A DNA stretch of 64,000 bases. Source: Cellvibrionaceae bacterium. Its GTDB lineage: Bacteria > Pseudomonadota > Gammaproteobacteria > Pseudomonadales > Cellvibrionaceae. Under the pieces are notes generated by a model. That model ran no database searches, was not told where the DNA came from, and saw only the letters and a program-made list of their open reading frames with translations. Of this stretch, positions 18,776 through 32,289 are shown one piece after another. A program made the translations under genes and the position numbers. Location of the stretch: NCBI GenBank assembly GCA_050290225.1, contig JBNKHG010000057.1, positions 46,932-110,931 on the forward strand, in the 5' to 3' direction. Position 1 is the first letter of the stretch; every line of letters begins with the position of its first letter.

Positions 18776-20857
18776 TTGAATAACCTTGAAAAGCTACTTT
18801 ACCTCCGAGGTATCTCTGCCGAATACCACGATTATTCGGGGGAGAGAATCGTTATTCCATGGGATGATCGACTGCGTCTATTGCGCGAGGTCGGTTGTGA
18901 TCCCCATGATGAAATGGCAGTTGAGAGAGACATTTTCGACCTCGATGCCAAGCCCTGGCAGCGCTGGCTGAAACCTCTTAATATCCTTACCCGGGGCGAA
19001 TCTGTCTATTTACACGTTCACCTGCATCCCGAAGAACTACAAAACCCGATCCAATGGCAAATTACCACCGAGTCAGGGGCCCGGCTGATCGGTGTTTTTA
19101 CGGCAAGTGAATTGAATGAAGACGGGGAATATTATATAGGGGATGTCCGTTATTCCTCCCGTCGCTTGCCGATACCTGAAGTGGAACCAGGCTATCACCA
19201 GGTTTGTTTTTGGCGGGGGCAACGAAGAGAACAGGCTTCCCTGGTTATTGCCCATCCCCGCTGTTTTGAAGATGGTTCGCCAAATGAACGGTTGTGGGGT
19301 CTGAGCTGCCAGCTCTATAGCCTCAGATCGGAGCGCAACTGGGGAATGGGCGATTACACTGATTTGCTCGAACTGGTGGGTTTGGCTGCCGACGCCGGAA
19401 TGGATATGGTCGCCATCAATCCCATTCATGCTCCGCTACTCGACGATCAGAGCGCCGTGAGCCCCTACAGCCCGTCGGATCGGCGCTTTCTCAATCCTCT
19501 CTATATAGACCCTGAACAGGAAGCGGATTTTTTCGAGTGCGAGGAATTCGCTGCTGAGTTTGGCGCAGCTGAATTCCATGCACACTTGAATGAGTTGCGA
19601 GCGGCTGAATGGGTCGACTATTCTGCAGTTATGGTTGTTAAATTTCGTGTTTTCGAACGCATGTTCAATCATTTCCGGGTAAAGCACTTAGTGCCGGGTA
19701 CGACCCGGGCGAAGGCATTTCACAGTTTTTCCGACGAATGCGGTGAACCGCTGACGGCTTTCTCTGAATTCGCATCGCAACACAATGCGTTGAACATCGA
19801 TTGTGCCAATGACCCCGTATTTCACCAATATCTTCAATGGCTGTGCCACAAACAAGTGACAGCCTGCCAGACTCTGGCGGTCAAACGCGGAATGCCGGTG
19901 GGGCTGCTGGGAGACCTTGCCGTAGGGGCCGTCAGGGAGGGCGCTGAAGTTACGGAAAATGCCCATCTGTTTTGCGCAACGGCAACCATAGGCGCGCCCC
20001 CGGATCAATTTTCGGGAAAAGGGCAGGATTGGTCACTGCCTGCGTTGAATCCCGTGGCGGTGCGGGACAACAAGTTCCAGCATTTTATTCAACTGTTGCG
20101 GGCTAACATGGCGCCTTACGGTGCGCTGCGAATCGATCACATCCTCGGGCTTCTACGCCTTTGGTGGTGTCTTCCCGAAGCTGAAACGGGCACCTACGTC
20201 TATTATCCGCTTGCGGATCTTATGCGTCTTTTATGTCTTGAGAGCCAGCGCAATCATTGCCGGGTTATTGGCGAGGATATGGGGCTGGTACCGGATGAAT
20301 TGCGGCAGACCATGAGCGCTTCGGGTGTTTACAGTAACAGTTTGTTTTACTTCGAAAGAGACCACAGTCAAAACTTCCACAATCCGGAGGCTCACAAGCC
20401 AAACACATTACTCATGGTGGCAAACCACGATGTGCCAACCCTGGCCGGCTGGTGGTCTGCTGCAGACATTGCCTTGAAAAAGGAGATCGGATTGCTCGAT
20501 AACCGAGAATCTGAAACCAGGGCGATGGCGGAGCGAGAATTCGACAAAGCCCGTTTGCTCGAATGGCTGGAACGGCAACAATTGCTACCGTCTGACTGGC
20601 AAGGCTCGAGGCCGGACAGGGAATTTGACTTGTCGCTTTGTGGTGCGATATTGAAGGCAAATGCCCGGACCCACTCAAAAATGATGATATTTCAGCTCGA
20701 CGACCTCATATTGGAGGAAAAGCCGGTCAATATTCCAGGTACATGGCGGGAATATCCCAACTGGCGACGTAAGCTGAAGCGGAATTTCACCGACCTGTTT
20801 CGCGACCCTGAAATTAGGGACCTGTTAAAAACTATTTACCAGCAACGAAAACAATGA
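18776..20857 (+). CDS. malQ: 4-alpha-glucanotransferase (amylomaltase, GH77)
   Basis: 693 aa, MalQ-like length, with GH77 core motifs (RIDHILGL, GEDMGLVP, ANHDVPT). The TTG start is uncertain. Confidence 0.9.
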   Translation: MNNLEKLLYLRGISAEYHDYSGERIVIPWDDRLRLLREVGCDPHDEMAVERDIFDLDAKPWQRWLKPLNILTRGESVYLHVHLHPEELQNPIQWQITTESGARLIGVFTASELNEDGEYYIGDVRYSSRRLPIPEVEPGYHQVCFWRGQRREQASLVIAHPRCFEDGSPNERLWGLSCQLYSLRSERNWGMGDYTDLLELVGLAADAGMDMVAINPIHAPLLDDQSAVSPYSPSDRRFLNPLYIDPEQEADFFECEEFAAEFGAAEFHAHLNELRAAEWVDYSAVMVVKFRVFERMFNHFRVKHLVPGTTRAKAFHSFSDECGEPLTAFSEFASQHNALNIDCANDPVFHQYLQWLCHKQVTACQTLAVKRGMPVGLLGDLAVGAVREGAEVTENAHLFCATATIGAPPDQFSGKGQDWSLPALNPVAVRDNKFQHFIQLLRANMAPYGALRIDHILGLLRLWWCLPEAETGTYVYYPLADLMRLLCLESQRNHCRVIGEDMGLVPDELRQTMSASGVYSNSLFYFERDHSQNFHNPEAHKPNTLLMVANHDVPTLAGWWSAADIALKKEIGLLDNRESETRAMAEREFDKARLLEWLERQQLLPSDWQGSRPDREFDLSLCGAILKANARTHSKMMIFQLDDLILEEKPVNIPGTWREYPNWRRKLKRNFTDLFRDPEIRDLLKTIYQQRKQ

Positions 20858-23073
20858 ACGATCAAACTATCTCTTTGTTAAGCAACGAACAAATCAATGC
20901 ACTTGCGAGTACCTGTTACGAGGATGTTTTTTCCGTATTGGGTATGCATGAGCTCCCTGATGCAAAGGGTTTGATTGCAAGAGTGTTTCTTCCAGGCGCG
21001 CAAGTCGTGGATGTGATTGCCCGTAAAGGCGACAAAAAGGTGGCGTCGTTGACGCGGATACATGAAGCCGGGCTGTTTGAAGGAAAGTTGGGTCGCCGCA
21101 GAAATCGCTTTGACTACTATTTTCGGGTCCAATACGAAAACGACATCATCGAATGTGAGGATCCTTATCGCTTCCCTTCACTGATCAGCGAAGATAATCT
21201 TTACTACTTTTGCGAGGGAACGCAAGAGCAGCTGTATAAATGGATGGGGGCTCACCCAAGGAGCGTCGATGGGATTGATGGCATGCTCTTTGTGGTGTGG
21301 GCGCCGGATGCAAGCCGGGTTTCGGTCGTTGGTGATTTCAATAACTGGGACGGCCGTTGTCATGCTATGCGCAAGCACCCGGCAGCCGGTGTATGGGAAA
21401 TTTTTATTCCGGGAGTGGGCCAGGGAGTCAACTACAAATTTGAAATCAGAAATCGAGATGGTCAATTATTGCCGCTAAAGGCAGACCCCTATGGATTCGC
21501 TCACCAGCATCCTCCGGAAACAGCTTCGCGAACCGTCTCTGCGCCAGCGTTTCATTGGACTGACAGCGAGTGGATGGTTGCGCGCGAGCAATCTGCCGAT
21601 CATTACCATGGACCGGTTTCGATCTATGAGGTCCATGTTGGATCCTGGATGCGAAAACCTGAAGAAGGTAACCGTTACCTGACCTACCGTGAACTGGCCG
21701 AAGAATTAATACCTTATGTGAAAGATTTGGGGTTCACTCACATCCAGTTTATGCCACTCAGCGAATACCCATTCGATGGTTCCTGGGGCTACCAGCCAAT
21801 TGGCCTGTATGCACCGACCTGCCGTTTTGGCACGCCTGATGATTTTAGGTATTTTGTCGACTGTTGCCATCGTCAGGAACTGGGCGTGCTGCTGGACTGG
21901 GTGCCGGGTCATTTCCCTTCCGACGAACACGGGTTAGGACGTTTTGATGGCAGTTGCCTGTATGAGCATGAGGACGTGCGCCAAGGATTTCATCCTGATT
22001 GGAATACCCTCATTTACAACTATGGCAGGTCCGAGGTTAAAAGTTACCTGATTAGTAACGCTATGTACTGGATGGAGGAATTTCATCTCGATGGATTGAG
22101 GGTCGATGCCGTGGCTTCCATGCTTTACCTGGACTACAGCCGCGAAGAGGGTGAGTGGGTTCCGAACGAATATGGCGGTCGCGAAAACCTGGAAGCCATT
22201 GAATTGCTAAAGCAGGTCAATAACCGTGTTTATTTCAACTACCCGGGAGTGATGATGGTTGCGGAAGAGTCTACCGCCTGGCCTGGTGTATCACGCCCCA
22301 CCAGTGAAGGAGGTCTGGGTTTCGGATTCAAGTGGAATATGGGGTGGATGAATGACACTCTGCATTATATGGCTCGTGACCCAATCTACCGAAAATATCA
22401 CCACGCAGAAATGACCTTCGGATTGGTGTACAGCTTCAGCGAAAATTTTATTTTGCCGCTTAGTCATGATGAAGTTGTCCATGGCAAGGGTTCGCTGGTT
22501 AGCAAAATGCCCGGCGATGAGTGGCAAAAATTTGCCAACTTGCGTGCCTACCTGGGCTTTATGTGGACTCATCCCGGGAAAAAACTGCTATTTATGGGCG
22601 GTGAATTTGCACAGTGGCAGGAATGGAATCATGACCAGAGCCTCGATTGGCATTTGCTTGAAGGGCCGATGCACCTGGGAATGCAGTCGTTGGTTAAAGA
22701 CTTGAACCACCTCTATCGTGAATTACCGGCGCTGCATGAACTCGATTGTGATGCCGGTGGGTTTGAATGGGTTGAAGTTGAAAACGAGGAACTCTCCATC
22801 TTCGCCTACTGGCGGAAAGGAAATGAAGGCACTGCGCCAGCGCTTGTGGTCGTCAATATGACACCGACGCCTCACTACGATTACCAGGTCGGTGTTCCAT
22901 GCCAGGGCTATTTCGCAGAACGGCTTAACACGGATAGCGCTCTCTATGGTGGCGGTAACATGGGGAATGGTGGCGGCGTTGTGTCCAATGAATCAGGTTG
23001 GCAGGGCCAATCTCACTCCATCAAAATCGTTGTGCCACCCTTAAGCACTGTGGTTTTTCAGCTTGAGAATTAG
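20854..23073 (+). CDS. glgB: 1,4-alpha-glucan branching enzyme
   Basis: 739 aa with GH13 motifs (DWVPGHF, GLRVDAVASM, MVAEEST, LSHDEV). Its start overlaps the malQ stop (ATGA). Confidence 0.95.
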   Translation: MNDQTISLLSNEQINALASTCYEDVFSVLGMHELPDAKGLIARVFLPGAQVVDVIARKGDKKVASLTRIHEAGLFEGKLGRRRNRFDYYFRVQYENDIIECEDPYRFPSLISEDNLYYFCEGTQEQLYKWMGAHPRSVDGIDGMLFVVWAPDASRVSVVGDFNNWDGRCHAMRKHPAAGVWEIFIPGVGQGVNYKFEIRNRDGQLLPLKADPYGFAHQHPPETASRTVSAPAFHWTDSEWMVAREQSADHYHGPVSIYEVHVGSWMRKPEEGNRYLTYRELAEELIPYVKDLGFTHIQFMPLSEYPFDGSWGYQPIGLYAPTCRFGTPDDFRYFVDCCHRQELGVLLDWVPGHFPSDEHGLGRFDGSCLYEHEDVRQGFHPDWNTLIYNYGRSEVKSYLISNAMYWMEEFHLDGLRVDAVASMLYLDYSREEGEWVPNEYGGRENLEAIELLKQVNNRVYFNYPGVMMVAEESTAWPGVSRPTSEGGLGFGFKWNMGWMNDTLHYMARDPIYRKYHHAEMTFGLVYSFSENFILPLSHDEVVHGKGSLVSKMPGDEWQKFANLRAYLGFMWTHPGKKLLFMGGEFAQWQEWNHDQSLDWHLLEGPMHLGMQSLVKDLNHLYRELPALHELDCDAGGFEWVEVENEELSIFAYWRKGNEGTAPALVVVNMTPTPHYDYQVGVPCQGYFAERLNTDSALYGGGNMGNGGGVVSNESGWQGQSHSIKIVVPPLSTVVFQLEN

Positions 23074-23078
23074 ACCGG

Positions 23079-25178
23079 ATGACCAAGGCAACTTTAATTC
23101 GGCCCGGTAAAGCCTATCCGCTTGGTGCCACTTGGGACGGGAAGGGTGTTAACTTTGCGCTCTTCTCCGCCAATGCCGATAAAGTTGAGCTTTGTCTGTT
23201 TAACGCCTCCGGCGAGCGTGAAATACAGCGCATCCCATTGCCGAGTCGCACGAATCTGGTTTGGCACGGTTACTTGCCGGGCGTCGAGCCTGGTGCGCTC
23301 TACGGCTATCGTGTGTACGGGCCCTATGAACCGCATTTGGGGCACCGTTTTAATCCTCACAAGCTGCTTATAGACCCTTATGCCCGTGCCATTACGGGAC
23401 CATTGCAATACTCCGTCTACCAACTGGGTTATGACAGCGAGAGCAAGGATCAGGATCTATCTTTCTGTACAAGGGATTCCGCTCCCTATGTGCCCAAATG
23501 CCGTGTTGTCGCGCCGTTACCGGCATTGGATGTTAGCCGGCCGAATATCAGTTGGTCGGACACAATACTGTATGAGTCACATGTGCGCGGATTTACGATC
23601 GCCAACCCGGAAATTCCCGAATCCGTTCGCGGCACTTTTGCCGGGATGTCGCAACCGCAGGTCATCGAATACCTGACAGCACTTGGCGTGACTTCGGTGG
23701 AGCTATTGCCTGTGCAGGGATTTATGAACGAAGACTTCCTGCAGAAAAAAGGACTGTCCAACTACTGGGGATATAACAGCCTCACCTTCTTTGCGCCTGA
23801 GCAGCGCTACGCTTGCGGACAAAGCAGTGAAGAATTCCGTGAGATGGTTGAGCGTTTCCACGATGCCGGCCTCGAGGTCATTCTCGACGTGGTTTTCAAC
23901 CATACGGCCGAAGGTGATCACTTGGGGCCCACACTTTCATTCCGTGGCATAGACAATGCGTCCTATTATCGGCTGCTACCGGAAGATTCACGTTACTATA
24001 TTAACGACACGGGCTGTGGCAACACTTTGAACATAACACATCCCCGCGTTTTGCAGATGGTGATGGACAGTTTGCGCTTCTGGGCTGTAGAGATGGGTGT
24101 GGATGGATTTCGGTTTGACCTGGCTTCCGTATTGGGTCGCGAAGCGCACGGGTTTGATCCGGGTAGTGGCTGCCTGGATGCCATTGCCCAGGACCCGGTG
24201 TTGGCGCAGGTGAAATTGATCGCTGAACCTTGGGATATTGGGCCGGGCGGCTACCAACTGGGTCAATTCCCCTGTGGATGGGCCGAATGGAATGACCGGT
24301 TCCGGGATAGTTCGAGACGCTACTGGCGTGGTGAAAAAGGCCTGTTGCCAGAGTTGGCGCGAAATATTCATGGCTCAAGTGATCTGTTTCATCAGCCTGG
24401 TCGATGCCCCTGGGCGAGCGTGAACTTCATTGCCGCTCATGACGGCTTCACTCTGCACGATTTGGTGAGTTTCGGTGAAAAGCATAACGAGGCGAATGGC
24501 GAACAAAACAGGGACGGACATTCGGCCAACTACAGTGCGAACTACGGTGTAGAGGGTGAGACGGATAACCTTGAAATTAACGCCCTGAGACGCAGGCAAA
24601 GTCGCAACCTGCTGGCGACGGCACTGTTATCCCAGGGAACACCCATGCTATTGGCTGGCGATGAAAGGGGTAATAGCCAGGGTGGTAACAACAACGCCTA
24701 TTGTCAGGACAATGAAACCTCCTGGCTTGATTGGAATACAGAAAATGCGCACCAGGAGTCACTTACGCGCTTTGTCAGTCAACTGATCGATCTGAGGAAA
24801 AGACACGCTTTGTTGCGCTGGCCGTCCTATTTAAGCGGGGATATTCACTCAAAAGGCGCGAAATTACTTTGGTTGAATTCGCACGGAACACAAATGCACC
24901 GTGAACAGTGGCAGGACCGTGAAGTGAAAAGTTTCGGTTACCTGCTCACCAACGATGCGACAGATGCAGTTGCCACATCAACTCACTCACTGCTGATCTA
25001 TTTCAATGGTGCCAGTCGCGATCAGCATTTTGAAATTCCGGAGGTGGAATATGTCAGTGCTTGGCATTTGTGTGTCGATACAGCCCTCGATAATGGGGAG
25101 ACACCCGAGCGGAAATTCGCTCCGGGCGAAGTTATAACATTGAAGAATCGCTCTCTACTGGTGTTAGAGAGCCGGTAA
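23079..25178 (+). CDS. glgX: Glycogen debranching enzyme
   Basis: 699 aa. The N-terminus YPLGATWDGKGVNFALFS and GH13 motifs (DVVFNHT, GFRFDLA, IAEPWD, AAHDGF) match GlgX. Confidence 0.93.
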   Translation: MTKATLIRPGKAYPLGATWDGKGVNFALFSANADKVELCLFNASGEREIQRIPLPSRTNLVWHGYLPGVEPGALYGYRVYGPYEPHLGHRFNPHKLLIDPYARAITGPLQYSVYQLGYDSESKDQDLSFCTRDSAPYVPKCRVVAPLPALDVSRPNISWSDTILYESHVRGFTIANPEIPESVRGTFAGMSQPQVIEYLTALGVTSVELLPVQGFMNEDFLQKKGLSNYWGYNSLTFFAPEQRYACGQSSEEFREMVERFHDAGLEVILDVVFNHTAEGDHLGPTLSFRGIDNASYYRLLPEDSRYYINDTGCGNTLNITHPRVLQMVMDSLRFWAVEMGVDGFRFDLASVLGREAHGFDPGSGCLDAIAQDPVLAQVKLIAEPWDIGPGGYQLGQFPCGWAEWNDRFRDSSRRYWRGEKGLLPELARNIHGSSDLFHQPGRCPWASVNFIAAHDGFTLHDLVSFGEKHNEANGEQNRDGHSANYSANYGVEGETDNLEINALRRRQSRNLLATALLSQGTPMLLAGDERGNSQGGNNNAYCQDNETSWLDWNTENAHQESLTRFVSQLIDLRKRHALLRWPSYLSGDIHSKGAKLLWLNSHGTQMHREQWQDREVKSFGYLLTNDATDAVATSTHSLLIYFNGASRDQHFEIPEVEYVSAWHLCVDTALDNGETPERKFAPGEVITLKNRSLLVLESR

Positions 25179-25200
25179 GGGAAATTAAAGGTAAGTTGGA

Positions 25201-27648
25201 ATGACTATGAAAACTACGCCAAAGTCTCCGATGTTGGAAGATGAAGCCATGAATTCCGATCTGTCCCGGCACCTGAATGTCACTTTGGGACGGGACAGTT
25301 CAACGTCCCACCGCTATTTGTATAATGCGCTTGCCCTGACAATTCGAGATCGCCTGGTGAGACGCTGGCGTAACACGCGTGACAGGTATAATGAGGAAAG
25401 CCCGAAGCGGGTGAGCTACTTGTCATTGGAATTCCTGATGGGGAGGACGCTGACCAACGCTGTGCTCAATCTCGATTTGGAAAATGATGTACGTGCAGCG
25501 TTGAAGGACTATGGGTGTACGCTTGAGGATCTGGCGGAAGAAGAACGTGATGCCGGATTGGGCAATGGTGGGCTGGGACGCCTGGCTGCGTGTTTCCTGG
25601 ATAGTTGCGCCTCACTGGAATTGCCGGTGACGGGCTATGGTATTCGCTATGAGTACGGCATGTTCAACCAGAAGATCGAGAACGGCTACCAAGTGGAGTC
25701 TCCCGATAACTGGTTGCGTGACGGCTATCCCTGGGAAATTGAATGCCCCGAAAATACCCGTCGTATCAAGTTTTTCGGTCATACTGAAATGATCGTTGAC
25801 AGCGACGGGCGCCAATCCACGCTCTGGTTAGGTACCCATGATGTGCTGGCCGTGCCCTACGATATCCCCGTTCCGGGCTTTCGCAATGGTACTGTAAACA
25901 CGTTGCGTTTGTGGAAGTCGGAAGCCACTGATGAATTTGATCTGGATGAGTTCAACGCCGGCAGTTATACCGAATCTGTGGCGGCGAAAAATGCCGCCGA
26001 ACAGATTACCATGGTTTTATACCCCAACGACGTCAGCGAGAGCGGCAAAGAACTGCGCTTGAGACAACAGTACTTTCTGGCATCTGCCAGTTTGCAGGAT
26101 GTGATTGACCGCTGGGTTAAAAAGCATGGACGGGACTTCAAGACATTTCCGCATTACAACTGTTTTCAGCTGAACGATACCCATCCGACGCTGGCCATTC
26201 CGGAATTGATGCGCCTGTTGATGGATGAATACCATCTTGGTTGGGACCAAGCATGGGACATAACCACCCGCACCATGGCCTATACCAACCATACATTGCT
26301 GCCGGAAGCCCTGGAAAAGTGGTCAGTCAACTTGTACCGCCACTTGCTGCCTCGTCTGCTGGAAATCATTTTTGAGGTCAATGCCCGTTACCTTAGCGAA
26401 ATTTCCCAGCGTTGGCCGGGCGACAACGACCGTCTGCGGCGTATGTCCATTATTGAGGAGGGGGATGAACCACAGGTGCGCATGGCCTATTTGGCGAATG
26501 TTGCGAGCTTTTCAATCAATGGCGTGGCTGCGCTGCATACAGAATTGTTAAAAAGTGGACTGTTCAGCGATTTCTACGAACTGTGGCCGGAGAAGTTTAA
26601 CAACAAAACCAATGGTGTGACTCCCCGCCGATGGTTGGCCTATTGCAATCCCGATCTCACCCGTCTAATCAGCGAGAAAATCGGCGACAGTTGGATCTCC
26701 CACTTTGACGAAATTGAAAAGTTAACCGCCTATGTGGAAGACAAGCGTTTTCAAGCCCAATGGCAGCGATGCAAATTGGAAAACAAGAAGAAACTCAGTG
26801 AATTGATAAAGCGTGATTGCGGCGTTGAATTCGATACCAGCATGATGTTCGATGTGCAAGTCAAGCGCATTCACGAGTACAAACGGCAGTTGCTCAATGT
26901 TCTTCACGTTATTCACCTCTATGACCGGATAACCCGTGGTGACACTGAAGGTTTGCAACCCCGTTGTGTTTTGATAGGGGGTAAGGCCGCGCCGGGTTAC
27001 TACATGGCCAAGTTGATTATCAAACTTATCAACAATGTGGCCAAGGTAGTGAACGAGGATTCGCGAGCGAAGCCCTGGTTGCGCCTCGCATTTCTTCCCA
27101 ATTACCGGGTCAGCTCTATGGAGACTATCTGTGCGGGTGCCGATTTGTCCGAGCAGATCTCCACTGCGGGTAAGGAAGCCTCCGGCACGGGCAACATGAA
27201 GTTCATGATGAATGGTGCTGTCACCATCGGTACCTATGACGGGGCGAATATTGAAATTCTCGATGCGGTCGGCGGGGACAATTTCTTCCTCTTCGGCCTC
27301 AAGGCCCATGAAGTCGAAGCACTCCGTCCCACCTATAATCCCCAGGCGTTTATCTCCGAGGATAAGAACCTGGAAAGAGTGATTAATTTGATTCGCTCCG
27401 GCCACTTTAATCTGTTTGAAAACGGGCTATTCGATCCGGTTTTGAACGCGATCTGCGATCCCGGTGACCCCTGGATGACAGCGGCAGACTTCTCTGATTA
27501 TGTGGCCGTCCAACAATGCGTGTGTGATGCCTATGTGGATAACGAGCGTTGGACACGTATGAGTATCCTGAATACCGCCTGTAGCGGGCATTTTTCCAGT
27601 GACCGAACGATAAAATCCTATCATTCGGAAATTTGGAGTCGGGTGTAG
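25201..27648 (+). CDS. glgP: Glycogen/maltodextrin phosphorylase
   Basis: 815 aa with QLNDTHPTLAIPELMR and the PLP-lysine region EASGTGNMKFMMNGA. Confidence 0.95.
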   Translation: MTMKTTPKSPMLEDEAMNSDLSRHLNVTLGRDSSTSHRYLYNALALTIRDRLVRRWRNTRDRYNEESPKRVSYLSLEFLMGRTLTNAVLNLDLENDVRAALKDYGCTLEDLAEEERDAGLGNGGLGRLAACFLDSCASLELPVTGYGIRYEYGMFNQKIENGYQVESPDNWLRDGYPWEIECPENTRRIKFFGHTEMIVDSDGRQSTLWLGTHDVLAVPYDIPVPGFRNGTVNTLRLWKSEATDEFDLDEFNAGSYTESVAAKNAAEQITMVLYPNDVSESGKELRLRQQYFLASASLQDVIDRWVKKHGRDFKTFPHYNCFQLNDTHPTLAIPELMRLLMDEYHLGWDQAWDITTRTMAYTNHTLLPEALEKWSVNLYRHLLPRLLEIIFEVNARYLSEISQRWPGDNDRLRRMSIIEEGDEPQVRMAYLANVASFSINGVAALHTELLKSGLFSDFYELWPEKFNNKTNGVTPRRWLAYCNPDLTRLISEKIGDSWISHFDEIEKLTAYVEDKRFQAQWQRCKLENKKKLSELIKRDCGVEFDTSMMFDVQVKRIHEYKRQLLNVLHVIHLYDRITRGDTEGLQPRCVLIGGKAAPGYYMAKLIIKLINNVAKVVNEDSRAKPWLRLAFLPNYRVSSMETICAGADLSEQISTAGKEASGTGNMKFMMNGAVTIGTYDGANIEILDAVGGDNFFLFGLKAHEVEALRPTYNPQAFISEDKNLERVINLIRSGHFNLFENGLFDPVLNAICDPGDPWMTAADFSDYVAVQQCVCDAYVDNERWTRMSILNTACSGHFSSDRTIKSYHSEIWSRV

Positions 27649-27692
27649 ATATCCAAGTCGTTTGAAACCATAGACACCAAAAGGGGGTTGTT

Positions 27693-30609
<2,917 letters not shown>

Positions 30610-30639
30610 TAAAACTCGGGCATTATTAGGGAATCGGGT

Positions 30640-32232
30640 ATGCAAAAAAAGATAAATGTGCTCATGGTGGCGTCGGAAAACGACGCTCTGTCAGGCGGTA
30701 AAGTCGGTGGTATTGGCGACGTGGTGCGGGACGCACCAGTGGCGCTGGCACAGGCAGGGTGTCTTGTCCATGTGGTCACGCCCGCCTATCGCCTGTTTTC
30801 GCAACTCCCGGGGGCAGAGCGAATCGACGCCTTCCCGATTCCTTTCGCGGGGCAGAGCCACGAAGTGGTGCTTTACCAGGTGCCGCCGAAATCGGCGGTC
30901 GAGGGTGTGATCCATTGGGCTATCGAACTGCCCGACGGGGTCGCACCGGCGGGTAGCGGCATCTATTGCAATGATCCTCCTGATTCGCCTTTCGCAACCG
31001 ATGCTACCAAGTTTGCCTGTTTTTGCAGTGCCGTGGCAACTGCGATTGTGAGGGGCAGTTTCGGTGTGCTGGATGTGGTGCATCTGCATGACTGGCACGC
31101 GGCTCTGCTGCTGTTGTTGAGACAGTATGATGCTTCTTTTCAAGCGCTGAAAGAGATTCGCACGGTTTATACCATTCACAATTTGGCGTTGCAGGGTGTG
31201 CGTCCCCTGCATGGGCACTCCTCTTCCCTGGAGGCCTGGTTTCCCTTGCTCGACTATAATCCCGCGGTGATCAGTGATCCTCGTGCGGCGCACTGTGTCA
31301 ATCCCATGCGGGTGGGAATCAATCTCTCCGACAAGGTCCACGTTGTGTCTCCCACCTATGCCGAGGAAGTTTTGCTGCCCAGCAACCCCGAAGGTGGTTA
31401 TATCGGGGGAGAGGGATTGGAGGGCGATTTGGCGGTCGCCCAGTCCCAGGGGAAGCTGGTAGGGGTACTTAACGGTTGTATTTATCCGGCACATAAAAGC
31501 CGGAGGTGGTCGAAGGCTAAACTGGTGAAACTGTTGAACGAACAAACGCTGGCTTTGATTGCCAGGCACCCGGTCGTGGACAGTACGCTTTATATCGCGC
31601 AGCAGCGGATTGCATCGTTTGCCGTTAAAAAAGGGCAGGGGATGCTGGTGACAAGCGTTGGCCGAATTACGGATCAGAAAGTGCGTATATTGCGCGAAAT
31701 CATGCCGTCCGGAGCAACAGCGCTTGATGAGCTGTTGATCCAGTTGGGTGATGAGGGAACGATGATTTTGTTGGGCAGCGGTGACAATGATCTGGAGCAG
31801 TTATTAACGGAAGTGGCGAGTCGTCACGAGAATTTTATTTTCGTGAAGGGGTATTCCGATGCGCTCGCTGAAGCACTCTATCAGGCGGGTGATCTCTTCC
31901 TTATGCCCAGCTCGTTCGAACCCTGCGGTATTAGTCAAATGCTGGCCATGCGGGAAGGGCAGCCCTGTCTGGTCCACGGGGTCGGTGGGCTGAATGATAC
32001 AGTGAAGGACAATGTCAGCGGTTTCAGTTTCCGCGGGAATGGCTTGGCGGAACAGGCGGCGAATATGCTCGATAGTTTTGCCGAGGCCAAGAAGCTGAAG
32101 CAGGAGGGAGGTAAACAGTGGAAAGGGATTTGCGAAAACGCCGCCCGTGAGCGTTTTCTCTGGCGGCACAGCGCTGAACAGTATATCAATGATATTTATC
32201 AGGTTTGTGAATCCGGGATCGCAACAGGATAG
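30640..32232 (+). CDS. glgA: Glycogen synthase (GT5, Pseudomonas-type long form)
   Basis: 530 aa with the N-terminal VLMVASENDALSGGKVGGIGDVVRD motif and C-terminal ...PSSFEPCGISQM.... Confidence 0.88.
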   Translation: MQKKINVLMVASENDALSGGKVGGIGDVVRDAPVALAQAGCLVHVVTPAYRLFSQLPGAERIDAFPIPFAGQSHEVVLYQVPPKSAVEGVIHWAIELPDGVAPAGSGIYCNDPPDSPFATDATKFACFCSAVATAIVRGSFGVLDVVHLHDWHAALLLLLRQYDASFQALKEIRTVYTIHNLALQGVRPLHGHSSSLEAWFPLLDYNPAVISDPRAAHCVNPMRVGINLSDKVHVVSPTYAEEVLLPSNPEGGYIGGEGLEGDLAVAQSQGKLVGVLNGCIYPAHKSRRWSKAKLVKLLNEQTLALIARHPVVDSTLYIAQQRIASFAVKKGQGMLVTSVGRITDQKVRILREIMPSGATALDELLIQLGDEGTMILLGSGDNDLEQLLTEVASRHENFIFVKGYSDALAEALYQAGDLFLMPSSFEPCGISQMLAMREGQPCLVHGVGGLNDTVKDNVSGFSFRGNGLAEQAANMLDSFAEAKKLKQEGGKQWKGICENAARERFLWRHSAEQYINDIYQVCESGIATG

Positions 32233-32289
32233 ATGCTCGCCCCCAAGTATCGGTTATTGACGCCTCTCCGATCCGATCAAGTGCTGATT